From Clostridiales bacterium (GTDB lineage: Bacteria; Bacillota; Clostridia; Saccharofermentanales; Saccharofermentanaceae), in the NCBI GenBank assembly GCA_017513085.1, contig JAFWDK010000029.1, positions 64,001 through 128,000 on the forward strand: a stretch of 64,000 bases of DNA, read 5' to 3'. The first letter of the stretch is position 1. The number at the start of each line of letters is the position of its first letter. This document shows, piece after piece, positions 1-9,921 of the stretch. The notes beneath the pieces are model-generated. The model was given only the letters and a program-made list of their open reading frames with translations. It did no database searches and was not told where the DNA came from. A program made the translations under genes and the position numbers.

Positions 1-600
1 GTAATGCATCATGGTCTTGAAAGTCTGCATTCTGGCATCGGGAGCTTCTTCCGGACCGAGCGCGCCGATGATCTCGGAGCGCTTAATGATCAGATCCCAG
101 ATCTGATAGAACTGCTTGGTGACCTCAAAGGCGCAGTGACGGATGGGGAGAAGGGTGTGCATGAGACGAGCCATCTCCTCGGTCATCTCATCAATGTCGC
201 GAAACCGCAGGTAAGGAAGATCCTTGTTTTCCACGATCGGGCGGATCGCCTGCATCTCGACGGCAACGGAAGCATTCAGGATGCCCGGATGCGCAATGAA
301 GATGATGTAGCGGCAGGTTTCGTCTTCGATCGCCATACTATAGTGGATCTGGTTGCTGTTGATGAAGATCGTATCCCCTTCGTGAAGCATGATGGTCTTG
401 CCGTTTACCGAGTAAGCCATTTTGCCTCTTGTTATCGTGCATATCTCAACGTCTTCGTGAAAATGCGGGACACGCTCCCACGTGACCTTCGGCTTGACCC
501 AGCCTTCAAACACATAAGAAGGGAACTGCGGATCGTCATAGTTGACGATCTCCGAGCCATCTTCTCTTTTAACGATAAGACCCATGATGTCGCGATTCAT
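1..600 (-). CDS. AraC-family transcriptional regulator, N-terminal cupin part (runs off window start)
   Basis: Not in ORF track. The minus strand from ATG at 600 reads MNRDIMGLIVKREDGSEIVNYDDPQFPSYVFEGWVKPKVTWERVPHFHEDVEICTITRGKMAYSVNGKTIMLHEGDTIFINSNQIH, the AraC cupin pattern; RBS GAGGT upstream; divergent from the ABC operon. Confidence 0.8.
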   Translation of the reverse strand, partial: MNRDIMGLIVKREDGSEIVNYDDPQFPSYVFEGWVKPKVTWERVPHFHEDVEICTITRGKMAYSVNGKTIMLHEGDTIFINSNQIHYSMAIEDETCRYIIFIAHPGILNASVAVEMQAIRPIVENKDLPYLRFRDIDEMTEEMARLMHTLLPIRHCAFEVTKQFYQIWDLIIKRSEIIGALGPEEAPDARMQTFKTMMHY

Positions 601-884
601 AACTTACCTCTTCCGGCTGATGATCTTTCTTAACAAGAAAAATACCAACGATCCTTCAAAATGAAATCTACCTATATTCTATCTTTATACCGGTAGTTTA
701 ATCTCTGATAAATCTTCCACAAAATTATAACAATCCAACAAATGCGTAGAAGATAGTTATAAAAAATAGGCAAATTTCATGTGTAAAAGCACTTACATAT
801 ACAATATACTTGCAGTAACGAAAGAAAGCAAGTGCTTTTGCCACATCAGAAAAATCACGTGGAAACAAGAAGGGAAACACAAAA

Positions 885-1880
885 ATGGAAAACGCAATCA
901 CAATGAAGAATGTATGTAAGGACTTTAAGATCCTGAACCGTCACGAAGGGTTGAAGGGCAGCATCCGTGATCTTTTCTCCCGTGACTACAAGACGATCTC
1001 GGCCGTGAAAGATGTTTCGCTGGAAATCAAAAAAGGTGAGATCATCGGATACCTGGGGCCGAATGGCGCCGGCAAGTCCACGACCATCAAGATGATGACA
1101 GGTGTTTTGGAACCTACGTCCGGCGAGATCATGGTAAATGGTCTGGTGCCGTATAAAGAGCGCACGAAGAATTCCGAAAGGATCGGAGTTGTTTTCGGGC
1201 AAAGAAGCCAGCTTTGGTGGTCGTTGCCTCTGATCGAGTCATTCAAGCTCTTGCGCGATATCTACCTGGTTCCGAAAAAGGACTACGAAGATATGCTTGA
1301 ACTGTACCGTTCGCTTGTGGATATCGAGCCGATCCTCCATAAACCTGTGCGACAGATGTCTCTCGGACAAAGAACGCTGAGTGATATTCTTGCCGCCTTC
1401 CTCCATAATCCTGCGATCGTGTTTCTTGATGAACCGACGATCGGTCTGGATGTCTCGATGAAGTCGAAGATCCGTGATCTGATTAAAGGTCTCAATCAGC
1501 AAAAAGGAACGACGGTCATTCTGACGACCCACGATATGGGAGATGTCGATGCCCTCTGTAAAAGGATCGTCATCATCGATGAAGGTAAGAAGATCTATGA
1601 CAACGATATCGAGCATCTGAAGTCCTATTTCGGTTCGTACCGGACACTTCGCATCCGTCATGCAGATGACACATGGGAAGAGCGGGTCATCGATGAGTCG
1701 AAAGAGGATGTAATGGATGTCATTCTGAAGAAGCAGAAGGAACAGAAGATCAAGGACATCCAGCTTCAGGAGATCTCCACGGAAGAAGTAATCAAGAAGA
1801 TCTATGAAGGAAGTTCTGCGGCAAAAGGAAACTCGTCCGTAGTCACTTCCGATGAGAAGAAAGGAGCGGCGGAACAATGA
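885..1880 (+). CDS. ABC transporter ATP-binding protein (ABC-2/drug-exporter type)
   Basis: Walker A GPNGAGKST, signature MSLGQ, Walker B VFLDEPT, H-loop TTH. Confidence 0.93.
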   Translation: MENAITMKNVCKDFKILNRHEGLKGSIRDLFSRDYKTISAVKDVSLEIKKGEIIGYLGPNGAGKSTTIKMMTGVLEPTSGEIMVNGLVPYKERTKNSERIGVVFGQRSQLWWSLPLIESFKLLRDIYLVPKKDYEDMLELYRSLVDIEPILHKPVRQMSLGQRTLSDILAAFLHNPAIVFLDEPTIGLDVSMKSKIRDLIKGLNQQKGTTVILTTHDMGDVDALCKRIVIIDEGKKIYDNDIEHLKSYFGSYRTLRIRHADDTWEERVIDESKEDVMDVILKKQKEQKIKDIQLQEISTEEVIKKIYEGSSAAKGNSSVVTSDEKKGAAEQ

Positions 1881-2686
1881 ATCTGAGAAGACATATTGCC
1901 CTGACCCGCGCAGGTATTATGGAGTCTCTCCAGTACCGCCTCGGCACGGCCGTTACGCTCTTTGCCAACCTGATCTATCTGGTCCTGGTGTATTTCCTCT
2001 GGAGAGCGATCTACGATTCTGCCGGAACCGACGTGGTCAATGGCATGACTTTTACCGATACCATGATCTATCTGATCCTGGCCACGGCTCTGTTCAATTT
2101 TCTGGAGATGTTTGTGGTCTGGGATATGAGCCGATCGATCCAGTCAGGAAAGATCATACTGGATCTTCTGAAACCGATGAAGTTCAGAAGCTACACCTTT
2201 TGGAGCTACTCCGGCTCACATGTAGTGCTTTTTACACTGACGTTCATACCGACATTTATCGTAGTCATGATCGTTACGCATGGCGCCATCCCGATGGGCA
2301 TCAATCTTTTGTACTTTGTGGTGGCGACCGTTCTGGCCTTGATCGTGAACTTCAGCATGGAGATGATCGTGGCAACGATCTGCCTCTACACGGAGTCCAC
2401 ATGGGGAATTAACATTGTTAAAGAGACGATCGTTCTGCTGCTTTCGGGCGCTTCGATACCTCTTGCGTTCTTCCCGGAGACCTTCAGGAAAATCGTCGGA
2501 TTTCTTCCGTTTCGTGCCGTCTATGACATTCCGTTGACGATCCTTCTTGAGAAAAACGGTTCGGATACACTCGAAGGATTGCTCCCGATGTTTGGTCTGC
2601 AGCTGGCATGGTGCATCATCCTGACAGTGACCGGGGTTTTGTTCTGGAATCATTCGGTACGCAAGATAACTGTTAACGGAGGCTGA
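1877..2686 (+). CDS. ABC-2 family permease (DUF990-like)
   Basis: Multiple TM helices, IQSGKIILDLLKP and LLSGASIPLAFFP motifs; ATGA overlap with the ATPase gene. Confidence 0.88.
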   Translation: MNLRRHIALTRAGIMESLQYRLGTAVTLFANLIYLVLVYFLWRAIYDSAGTDVVNGMTFTDTMIYLILATALFNFLEMFVVWDMSRSIQSGKIILDLLKPMKFRSYTFWSYSGSHVVLFTLTFIPTFIVVMIVTHGAIPMGINLLYFVVATVLALIVNFSMEMIVATICLYTESTWGINIVKETIVLLLSGASIPLAFFPETFRKIVGFLPFRAVYDIPLTILLEKNGSDTLEGLLPMFGLQLAWCIILTVTGVLFWNHSVRKITVNGG

Positions 2687-2689
2687 CTT

Positions 2690-3520
2690 ATGAGTGAGAC
2701 TACACTGACCAAACAGAAAACGAGAAGAGGCTTCGGCTTTTATCTCAGAATATACAAGAAGATCCTGGTGCAGGATCTGAAGAGTAAGATGAGCTACCGG
2801 GCTGACTTTGTGATCTCCACGTTCGGCATGATCATGACGAACCTGAGCGGTTTTGTGACCTTTCTGATCCTATTCAAGAATTTTCCCTCGATCAATGGTT
2901 GGGATTACTACCACATGCTGTTTCTCTACGGCTTTTCACTGGTAGCGCTGACCCCGGTGCAGTGCTTTTTCGACAACAACTGGAATCTGCGCTTTCAGGT
3001 GCAGTCCGGTGACTTCATCAAGTACTGTTTCCGTCCGATCAACGTATTCTTCTACTTTATGTCGGAAGTTTTCGATGTAAAAGGACTCGGGCAATTCGCT
3101 TTCGGTATCGGCACGCTGGTTTATGCGTGGATACATATCGGGATTCCGGTCACGCCGCTCGTGATCGCCAAACTGGTGCTTTTCCTCCTGACGGCATCGC
3201 TGTTTATGATCGCGATCATGAATGCGGCGGCGGCAACCTGCTTCTGGATCGTCGGATCCGGCTATGTGATGGTCATCATGTTCCGGTTTAAGGATTTTGC
3301 GAAATATCCGTCGAATATATTCCATGGTGTATTCCGTATCCTGTTTACCTTCGTGATTCCGATCGCTTTTGTGGCATATTACCCAAGTCTGGCGATCCTG
3401 GAAACGGATAATATCCCGGTACTGACATGGTGTGCGCCGGCTATCGGAGTGCTGTTCTTCTACTTAAGTTATAAGTTCTGGATGCTGGGTGTATCCAGGT
3501 ACGACTTTACGGGATCCTGA
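2690..3520 (+). CDS. ABC-2 family permease (DUF990-like)
   Basis: MSYRADF, VQSGDFIKYCFRP, FAKYP and IPIAFVAYYP motifs; multiple TM helices. Confidence 0.88.
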   Translation: MSETTLTKQKTRRGFGFYLRIYKKILVQDLKSKMSYRADFVISTFGMIMTNLSGFVTFLILFKNFPSINGWDYYHMLFLYGFSLVALTPVQCFFDNNWNLRFQVQSGDFIKYCFRPINVFFYFMSEVFDVKGLGQFAFGIGTLVYAWIHIGIPVTPLVIAKLVLFLLTASLFMIAIMNAAAATCFWIVGSGYVMVIMFRFKDFAKYPSNIFHGVFRILFTFVIPIAFVAYYPSLAILETDNIPVLTWCAPAIGVLFFYLSYKFWMLGVSRYDFTGS

Positions 3521-3792
3521 GTCAAACTTGAAAAAATGTTTCCTTGCCGGTGATCCCTTGAATGCGTTGGGCTTGGCTCTGAGAGGGTGGTTTTAGTTGT
3601 AAAGAGATGGAAAATGCGACTTTTGGTGCTTTTTTACCAAGATTTTGGCAAGTTTGCGCTACTTTTATTCCCTATTTCATAAGAGAATTTTAGAGACGGG
3701 AATGGTATAATGGTCACGTTGTTTTTGAGCAGATGCCATGTCATCGAGTTGGAAACACAGAATATTAAGGTTTATAAGAGGAGAAAAGTATT

Positions 3793-4248
3793 ATGAGAAC
3801 ACTTAAGAAGATCGCTGCAATCGTTCTGGCAGGTGCTATGGTATTTTCCATCGCAGGTTGTAAGAAGGGTTCAAAGAAGGTATCCGCTGATGATTTTAAG
3901 AAGGTCTGCGAGGAAGCTTCTCTCAAAGTAGTTGATGAAGCTGCTGATGAAGGTGTGACAAAGTCTCTTTCTGCAAAGAATGATGACGAATCTATCGAAG
4001 TGAATTTCATGGTTGCAAAGGACGAGGACGAGGCTAAGAAGGGTTTCGAGTACTTCACAAACAACACTGATTCCATGAAGGAAATGGGCGCTGATGTTAA
4101 GTCCAGCAGCGATAAGATCGAGGTTACAATGAACAGCCTGTTGTACATGTATGCTGTAAGAAATGGCGATACGATCGTTACTGTTTCTGCTGCAGGTGAG
4201 GAACAGATCAAGACAGGTAAGGACATCGTTAAGAAGCTCGGCATCTGA
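3793..4248 (+). CDS. Small lipoprotein, unknown function
   Basis: Signal peptide with lipobox IAGC; RBS GAGGAG; followed by a terminator. Confidence 0.8.
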   Translation: MRTLKKIAAIVLAGAMVFSIAGCKKGSKKVSADDFKKVCEEASLKVVDEAADEGVTKSLSAKNDDESIEVNFMVAKDEDEAKKGFEYFTNNTDSMKEMGADVKSSSDKIEVTMNSLLYMYAVRNGDTIVTVSAAGEEQIKTGKDIVKKLGI

Positions 4249-4274
4249 TCTGTAGCGGTATTTTATTGAAAACC

Positions 4275-4307
4275 AAAAGAGTGTCTTCAAAATGAAGGCA
4301 CTTTTTT
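4275..4307. terminator. Bidirectional intrinsic terminator
   Basis: AAAAGA-GTGTCTTCA-AAA-TGAAGGCAC-TTTTTT between convergent genes. Confidence 0.75.
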
Positions 4308-5583
4308 ATTTCCTCGCCCGGACCTGCTTGAAGAGCTCTTCCGCGGCGATCCTTGTTTTGGCGGCTACGTCTTTCTTCTTGGGAAAACAGTAGTAGAGAC
4401 AATCCTTTTTGCCGATGCAGATGACATCGCCGATCTCATACCAGTAGTAGTCGGAGTAGAGACTGTAATTTTCTTTGGGCGATTGCGTATAGTGGAGCCG
4501 GTCATCACAGCCATTGAGCACAAAACCTTCCGCATCGTGATGGAGCGTGCCTGAACCGACCATATACAGAGCTTGAAAATCCACGATGATGCCGATGTCC
4601 ACTTCTGTATCGAGAGAATACGTTCCCGCTGCGATGTCGTTTTTGACACAAGACCTTTCCCAGGCATACCAGTCCGGAATATGGGTAAAAGACGGAACGG
4701 ACGGAGACGGCTCCTTGCCGACAGGAGAAAGCTGTCCGAGTTCGGTGAGCTCCCATTTCCTGCCACAGGCGTGACAGGTGAGATGTATTCCTTTTCCTTC
4801 CATCTGACCTTCTACCGAACACGAAGTGCACTTATAAAGGATCCGGTTTAATCCGTCCGCACGGAAAGGCTCGGTAATGCGAAGTCCGGTATCCCGTTGC
4901 CAGGCAAAATAGTCAAAAGAGAAAGCCCGGTCAAGGATCGTATCGATTTCTTCCACGCTCTTTTCCATGACCTCGTCCTCAGAAAGAAGACAAGAAACCT
5001 CAGCGCTGACTTTGACCTTCCGTTTTTGAAGACAGTTGTATAAAGGATCTCTGGCAAAAGAACCATAGGTCGTGATCATGAGTACAGGAACACGAAGCGC
5101 TTTAAAAAGCACTCCCATCCTGCGTGGGAGCGGCGTCGCGGTTCCGTCGAAAGAGTAACTTGCTTCGGGATACATCAGGACGGATGTTTTGTTATTTCTA
5201 ACAGCGTGCTTGATGTCTGTGATCAGTGACAGATCCGAAACGAATTTCTGCGTCGGTATACAACCAAGGCGGCGCATGAGTCCTTCTTTTCCGACCAATC
5301 CGTCTGATGTGCAGACTATATTATATCTTTTGGGAAAAAGCACTTTGGATGCGATCTCGAGATCGAGAAAACTGGAGTGGTTCATGAGGATCAGATAGGG
5401 TCCTTTGCCTGCTTTTTTCATATCCTTTTTTGTATAGGAAAACTTTACGGCACAAAGGTCCGGGATCGATGCGAGCCGCATCACGAGACTCAAGAGTCTG
5501 CTTGGCTTCCCCGGTTTCCGGTGTGCCGGACGCGGGAGTTTTTTTACATCATCAAAATCCATTTTGCAGGTCTTGATCTTCAT
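4306..5583 (-). CDS. 1-acyl-sn-glycerol-3-phosphate acyltransferase-family protein with C-terminal Cys-containing domain
   Basis: NHSSFLD (HX4D) and YPEA motifs; CxxC pairs later in the protein. Confidence 0.85.
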   Translation of the reverse strand: MKIKTCKMDFDDVKKLPRPAHRKPGKPSRLLSLVMRLASIPDLCAVKFSYTKKDMKKAGKGPYLILMNHSSFLDLEIASKVLFPKRYNIVCTSDGLVGKEGLMRRLGCIPTQKFVSDLSLITDIKHAVRNNKTSVLMYPEASYSFDGTATPLPRRMGVLFKALRVPVLMITTYGSFARDPLYNCLQKRKVKVSAEVSCLLSEDEVMEKSVEEIDTILDRAFSFDYFAWQRDTGLRITEPFRADGLNRILYKCTSCSVEGQMEGKGIHLTCHACGRKWELTELGQLSPVGKEPSPSVPSFTHIPDWYAWERSCVKNDIAAGTYSLDTEVDIGIIVDFQALYMVGSGTLHHDAEGFVLNGCDDRLHYTQSPKENYSLYSDYYWYEIGDVICIGKKDCLYYCFPKKKDVAAKTRIAAEELFKQVRARK

Positions 5584-5798
5584 CAGTCTCTCACCCCATT
5601 GAATACTCAGATGTAAACATTATATCATTATGTAAAATACACCTTGCCGTGTCAGGTGACATGGAGGGTAACTGGAGGGTATGGTAACAGACCCTTTTTT
5701 GGGACTTCAAATTTGAGATAATCTTGTCGAAGAGAAGAGTTAACTGTTTGAAGCTTTCGTTTGAAATGAGAGCAGGTGATAGACAGGAGGTTCAGACG

Positions 5799-6677
5799 AT
5801 GGATAAGAAGCAGGCAAGAAATATAGTCGAGAGATTTTACCGGAAATCTAATCCGACGGAGGATGACAACTTTGTTTTCACGGAAGCACTTGGTTTTTTG
5901 ATTGAGACGGAGAAGGATCCGCGAGCGATGATGGAGCTCGGTGGATACTATTATGAACTCCGCAATTTTGATCTGGCGTTGAAGTATTACAACATGGCAG
6001 CTGAGTCAGATTATGAGGAAGCATGGGAATGTCTCGGCTATGTCTGGTACTATGGACGGACAGGAACGAAAGATTATAAGAAAGCATTCGAGTATTTTTC
6101 CAAGTGCATGGACAAGGGAAATGTTGTAGCGACATATAAAGTTGCGGATATGTTCAAGAACGGATATTACGTGGAGAAAGATGAAGAAAAATATGAGAAA
6201 CTGATCGAGTCTCTTTATCCGAGAGTTAAGAATGCAAGAAATCTCGGTCAGTCTTTGCCGGAAGTTTTTACGAGACTTGCGAAGATACGGGTAAAGCAGG
6301 GAAAGAAAACGGAAGCAGTCGATTTGTATCTGAGAGCCAAGGATTTTCTTGCACAACGGATTTCCTATAATGCTTTTTTCGGTAACTTGAATATTATGAA
6401 CTGGCTGATCTGTGATCTTTATGACTTGATCGAGTTCGATGAGGATGATTTCGATTTCTTTGATCTGTATTATCTGCTGAAGAAACCCTGTGTTGTTCAA
6501 TTCTATTATGCCCGGAATAAATACACAGTCGAGGCACAGATGGAAGATGAAAACTGCGTGATCCGATTCGGGGATAAGTGGTATAGAGATGTGTCTGATT
6601 TTATCGCGAAAGCTACTATCAGAAATCTTCCGTTGACTAAGATCAATAGAGAACTTTACGGATTTGAGGTGATCTGA
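5799..6677 (+). CDS. Sel1-like repeat protein
   Basis: AMMELGGYYY, CLGYVWYYGRTGTKDYKKAFEYF and VADMFKNGYYVEKD Sel1 repeats; start moved to ATG 5799 after AGGAGG. Confidence 0.85.
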   Translation: MDKKQARNIVERFYRKSNPTEDDNFVFTEALGFLIETEKDPRAMMELGGYYYELRNFDLALKYYNMAAESDYEEAWECLGYVWYYGRTGTKDYKKAFEYFSKCMDKGNVVATYKVADMFKNGYYVEKDEEKYEKLIESLYPRVKNARNLGQSLPEVFTRLAKIRVKQGKKTEAVDLYLRAKDFLAQRISYNAFFGNLNIMNWLICDLYDLIEFDEDDFDFFDLYYLLKKPCVVQFYYARNKYTVEAQMEDENCVIRFGDKWYRDVSDFIAKATIRNLPLTKINRELYGFEVI

Positions 6678-7448
6678 ATGAAAGAGAATAGAATCGAACA
6701 ATATGCTTCGTTATTGATCAGACGTGATCAGCTCAAGAAAGAAGCAGAGATCATGGAAGACGAGTATTACCGTGAATTCGGTGATGAGTTTTACAATGTC
6801 TATGAAGTGAAGATCTCTTGCATCGAATTGAAGAAGAAGATCCATTATTGTCAGGCTGCGAGAAATCACGGAGAGAAGATCGATGTGGAGATGATGGATG
6901 CAGTACTCAAGGAGGAGATGAGAGATTATTACACGCAGTTGAAAAATCTGTTTGCTAACGTTCAAGGCGTGAAGAAAATGAAGGTCAGTCCGGAACACGT
7001 GGTGCTTGCCGTCAAGAAAAAATACCGTGAACTGGCGAAGATGATCCATCCGGATCTGCATCCTTTTACGCAGGAAGACGAAACGTTGATGGACCTTTGG
7101 AATCGTGCTGTGAAAGCATATCACATGAATGATGAAAATGGTTTGGACGAGATCGGCATCCTGGTTCGCCATCGTTTGCAAGAACTAGGTTATGAAGAAG
7201 AATCCGTTGTCGTTATTGAGGATCTGGAAGAGAAGATCCGTAGTGTAAATGCGGAGATCGAAGAAATAATGAATACAGATCCTTATCAGTATAAGATGCT
7301 TTTTGAACGGGAAGATCTTGTCGAAGAGAAGCATTTGGAACTGAAAAAAGAATTGGATAGTTATTTGCATTATCAGGAAGAACTGGAAGGTATTCTTCAT
7401 ACTTTCATATCTGACGGAGAGGTGACGGTCGAATGGAAAATGGATTGA
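6678..7448 (+). CDS. Coiled-coil protein with internal J domain
   Basis: VKKKYRELAKMIHPDL with intact HPD motif, flanked by coiled coils; starts directly after the Sel1 stop. Confidence 0.8.
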   Translation: MKENRIEQYASLLIRRDQLKKEAEIMEDEYYREFGDEFYNVYEVKISCIELKKKIHYCQAARNHGEKIDVEMMDAVLKEEMRDYYTQLKNLFANVQGVKKMKVSPEHVVLAVKKKYRELAKMIHPDLHPFTQEDETLMDLWNRAVKAYHMNDENGLDEIGILVRHRLQELGYEEESVVVIEDLEEKIRSVNAEIEEIMNTDPYQYKMLFEREDLVEEKHLELKKELDSYLHYQEELEGILHTFISDGEVTVEWKMD

Positions 7449-7828
7449 GTAATATCGAAAAAAGTGAATTAAAGAGTGTAGTGGCGAAAGGTGATCTGGG
7501 AAGTGTTCTTCAACCATTGATCCGGGAGATTCATCTTTTTGATTCCTTTGTTGCAGGAACCACGTATCTTGAATCGCAGGATGTGCTCGATACGTTAGCG
7601 GTAGGTAACCTTCTTGTGCTGGAAAGAGAAGAAAACAAATTCGATATCAATGCGATCCTGATCAAGACGGATAAAGGAATTAAGATCGGATATGTTCCTG
7701 AAAAAGACAATGTCATTTTTGCCAGGCTGATGGATGCAGGAAAACTTCTTCGGGGGAGGATCAAGAGCATCGATAGACGACATGATTTTTCGAAAATCTC
7801 CATAGGCATCTTTCTTGTTGATGTCTAA
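7433..7828 (+). CDS. HIRAN domain protein
   Basis: FVAGTTY, LEREENKFDINAI and KIGYVP HIRAN motifs; overlaps the J-domain gene. Confidence 0.88.
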   Translation: MENGLSNIEKSELKSVVAKGDLGSVLQPLIREIHLFDSFVAGTTYLESQDVLDTLAVGNLLVLEREENKFDINAILIKTDKGIKIGYVPEKDNVIFARLMDAGKLLRGRIKSIDRRHDFSKISIGIFLVDV

Positions 7829-7994
7829 TTTCACTATAGCAATGGTCGGGAAGAAACATGTCCTCTCTTCCCGGCCATCGTTGCATATTGTCTTTCTCCG
7901 GAGAGAATGGTATTCTTGAAATGAATGATTGTTCACCCGAAACGGAAGTGCTTGATTTTCAAGCTTTGAGGGAACAAATGAGGAGGAGTTTCAG

Positions 7995-8570
7995 ATGCCG
8001 AGATCAAGAGAACAGTGTGAGCAGATCCGTGAAAGTTCGAAGAAGAATATACTCGATAAATCTATTTTGTATTTTGCAAAAAACGGGTTAGACGGGACTA
8101 AGATAAGTGATCTGGTCAAAGCAATCGGAGTCGGGCAAGGATCGATCTATTGTTATTTCGCTTCGAAGGAAGAATTGTTTTCTGAAGTTCAGAAAGTTTC
8201 TATGAAAAATGTCGGGCTGGAAGAGTTTGACATGATTAACTCCAAGGATCTTCCGCCGATCAGAAAACTTCGTTATGTATCAGATTACGTTGTGAAGAAT
8301 CTTTCGCAAAGTGAGATGTATTGTGCTTATGTTTATCTTGCTTTTTATGCAAGAATGCATGGCGAGAAAGAAGAAGAGAATCCATTCTTTGACATGATCA
8401 AGAAGATCGTGTCGCAAGGTCAAAAAGAAGGTTTTTTCTCGAAAGGAAATGCAGATAAAATTGCTGATTATTATCTGGGTGTGATCTATCTTTATGCCAT
8501 GCGTAAACTCTATGATCCTAAGATCGATATTCCATCTTCATCAGAACTGGAACGAGTAGTACGCGGATAA
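7995..8570 (+). CDS. TetR/AcrR family regulator
   Basis: FAKNGLDGTKISDLVKAIGVGQGSIYCYFASKEEL HTH. Confidence 0.9.
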   Translation: MPRSREQCEQIRESSKKNILDKSILYFAKNGLDGTKISDLVKAIGVGQGSIYCYFASKEELFSEVQKVSMKNVGLEEFDMINSKDLPPIRKLRYVSDYVVKNLSQSEMYCAYVYLAFYARMHGEKEEENPFFDMIKKIVSQGQKEGFFSKGNADKIADYYLGVIYLYAMRKLYDPKIDIPSSSELERVVRG

Positions 8571-8770
8571 AGAGAAAGTTACGTAACCGATTTCATAGTG
8601 CTTTTGTCGTTCAATATACTTCACAAATGTACTCTGCACATGTGCAATAATCGGCAGTTTGTACATAGTTTTCTTTTTTGCGAATATGATATAATGTTTT
8701 TAACATCGAATGATGTGTTACATTGGTTGCATATTTTAATATCAATTATCATTAATGGAGGACATGTAAT

Positions 8771-9184
8771 ATGGTAAAGGCTAATGCAAACAAAGAAGAA
8801 GCTAAAGTTGTTGCTGCTGAGACAAAGCCGGCTGTTGTAGCTGAGGCTAAGAAAGAAGAAGCAAAGAAGGCAGCTCCGGCAAAGAAGGCTGCTGCTAAGA
8901 AGCCAGCTGCAAAGAAGGCTGCTCCGGCTGCTAAGAAAGCTGCTCCGGCTGCTAAGAAGGCTGCTCCGGCAAAGAAGGCTGCTGCTAAGAAGCCGGCTGC
9001 AAAGAAGGCTGCTAAGAAGGCTCCGGCTAAGAAGCTTTCCAAGATCGTTTTCGAGTATGAAGGCCAGCAGATCGATTACAAGACAATCGAGAAGAAAGCT
9101 GCTAAGCTCGGCGGTGTTGTTTATGTAGTTGCTTCTGAGAAGAAGATTTTTGACGAAGCTGGTAATGCAGTAGATCTCTTCTGA
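8771..9184 (+). CDS. Histone H1-like Lys/Ala-rich protein with short globular C-terminus
   Basis: Repeated AKKAAP/AAKKP units; RBS GGAGG; strongly biased codons (GCT, AAG); followed by a terminator. Confidence 0.8.
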   Translation: MVKANANKEEAKVVAAETKPAVVAEAKKEEAKKAAPAKKAAAKKPAAKKAAPAAKKAAPAAKKAAPAKKAAAKKPAAKKAAKKAPAKKLSKIVFEYEGQQIDYKTIEKKAAKLGGVVYVVASEKKIFDEAGNAVDLF

Positions 9185-9210
9185 GTTTTACCATAACATA
9201 GCAAACATAA

Positions 9211-9250
9211 AGTGCCTCGTAACCATTTTGGTTGCGGGGCATTTCTTTTT
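9211..9250 (+). terminator. Intrinsic terminator
   Basis: GTGCCTCGTAACCA-TTT-TGGTTGCGGGGCAT followed by TTCTTTTT. Confidence 0.75.
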
Positions 9251-9276
9251 GCGTTTGTGAAGCCGTTTTATACATC

Positions 9277-9327
9277 AATCTTGACAGTGATAAGATTGCG
9301 AACTATAATCTAAGCAGTGATAAGATT
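9277..9327 (+). promoter_or_regulatory. Consensus sigmaA promoter overlapped by two TetR-type operators
   Basis: TTGACA(9281)-17-TATAAT(9304); two copies of AATCT-N11-AGATT sharing CAGTGATAAGATT at 9277-9297 and 9307-9327. Confidence 0.8.
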
Positions 9328-9342
9328 GAGAGGAAGATTGAG

Positions 9343-9909
9343 ATGCAAACGAAACCCTATCATCATGGAAACCTGAAAGAAGAGTTTATTGAAAGAGGAC
9401 TCGAGTACATCGATCAGTATGGCGTAGAAAATCTGTCGATGCGTAAACTGGCGGAATCGATCGGAGTGAGCAGCGCGGCGCCTTATGCACATTTTAAAAA
9501 CAAAGAAGCTTTCCTGGATGCGATCACGGAGTATGTTAATGAGAATCTGATATGTGCACTTCAGGATGCTATTCAGAATTGTACGAAAGAGCAACGGATG
9601 CTGATCGAGTTGGGAAAAAGATATGTATTGTTTTTTTACGAGAATCCGCTTTACTATCAATTCCTGTTTTCGAGAGGAACGGTAGATCTTCAAAACTATC
9701 CTCCGTTTCAGTATTACCGCACGGTAGCGGAAAGAACACTGAAGATCTTACATCCGAAAAGAATGACCAAAGAAACGGTGCGGAAGAAGACGATCACGAT
9801 GTGGGCAATCGTACATGGATTAGCACAGTTTGCACTGATGGATGGTGTGCTGGATAAAAGCAAATTGGAAAAAGAAATCGAATCACTGCTTTGCGCAGTA
9901 GATGTATAA
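9343..9909 (+). CDS. TetR/AcrR family regulator
   Basis: YHHGNLK N-terminus, LSMRKLAESIGVSSAAPYAHF HTH, WAIVHG C-terminal motif. Confidence 0.9.
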   Translation: MQTKPYHHGNLKEEFIERGLEYIDQYGVENLSMRKLAESIGVSSAAPYAHFKNKEAFLDAITEYVNENLICALQDAIQNCTKEQRMLIELGKRYVLFFYENPLYYQFLFSRGTVDLQNYPPFQYYRTVAERTLKILHPKRMTKETVRKKTITMWAIVHGLAQFALMDGVLDKSKLEKEIESLLCAVDV

Positions 9910-9921
9910 AGGAGATAAAAA

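Noticed and set aside
4-633. 209-aa + strand ORF
   Set aside because: Antisense shadow of the AraC-type gene on the minus strand, which has the RBS and recognisable motifs
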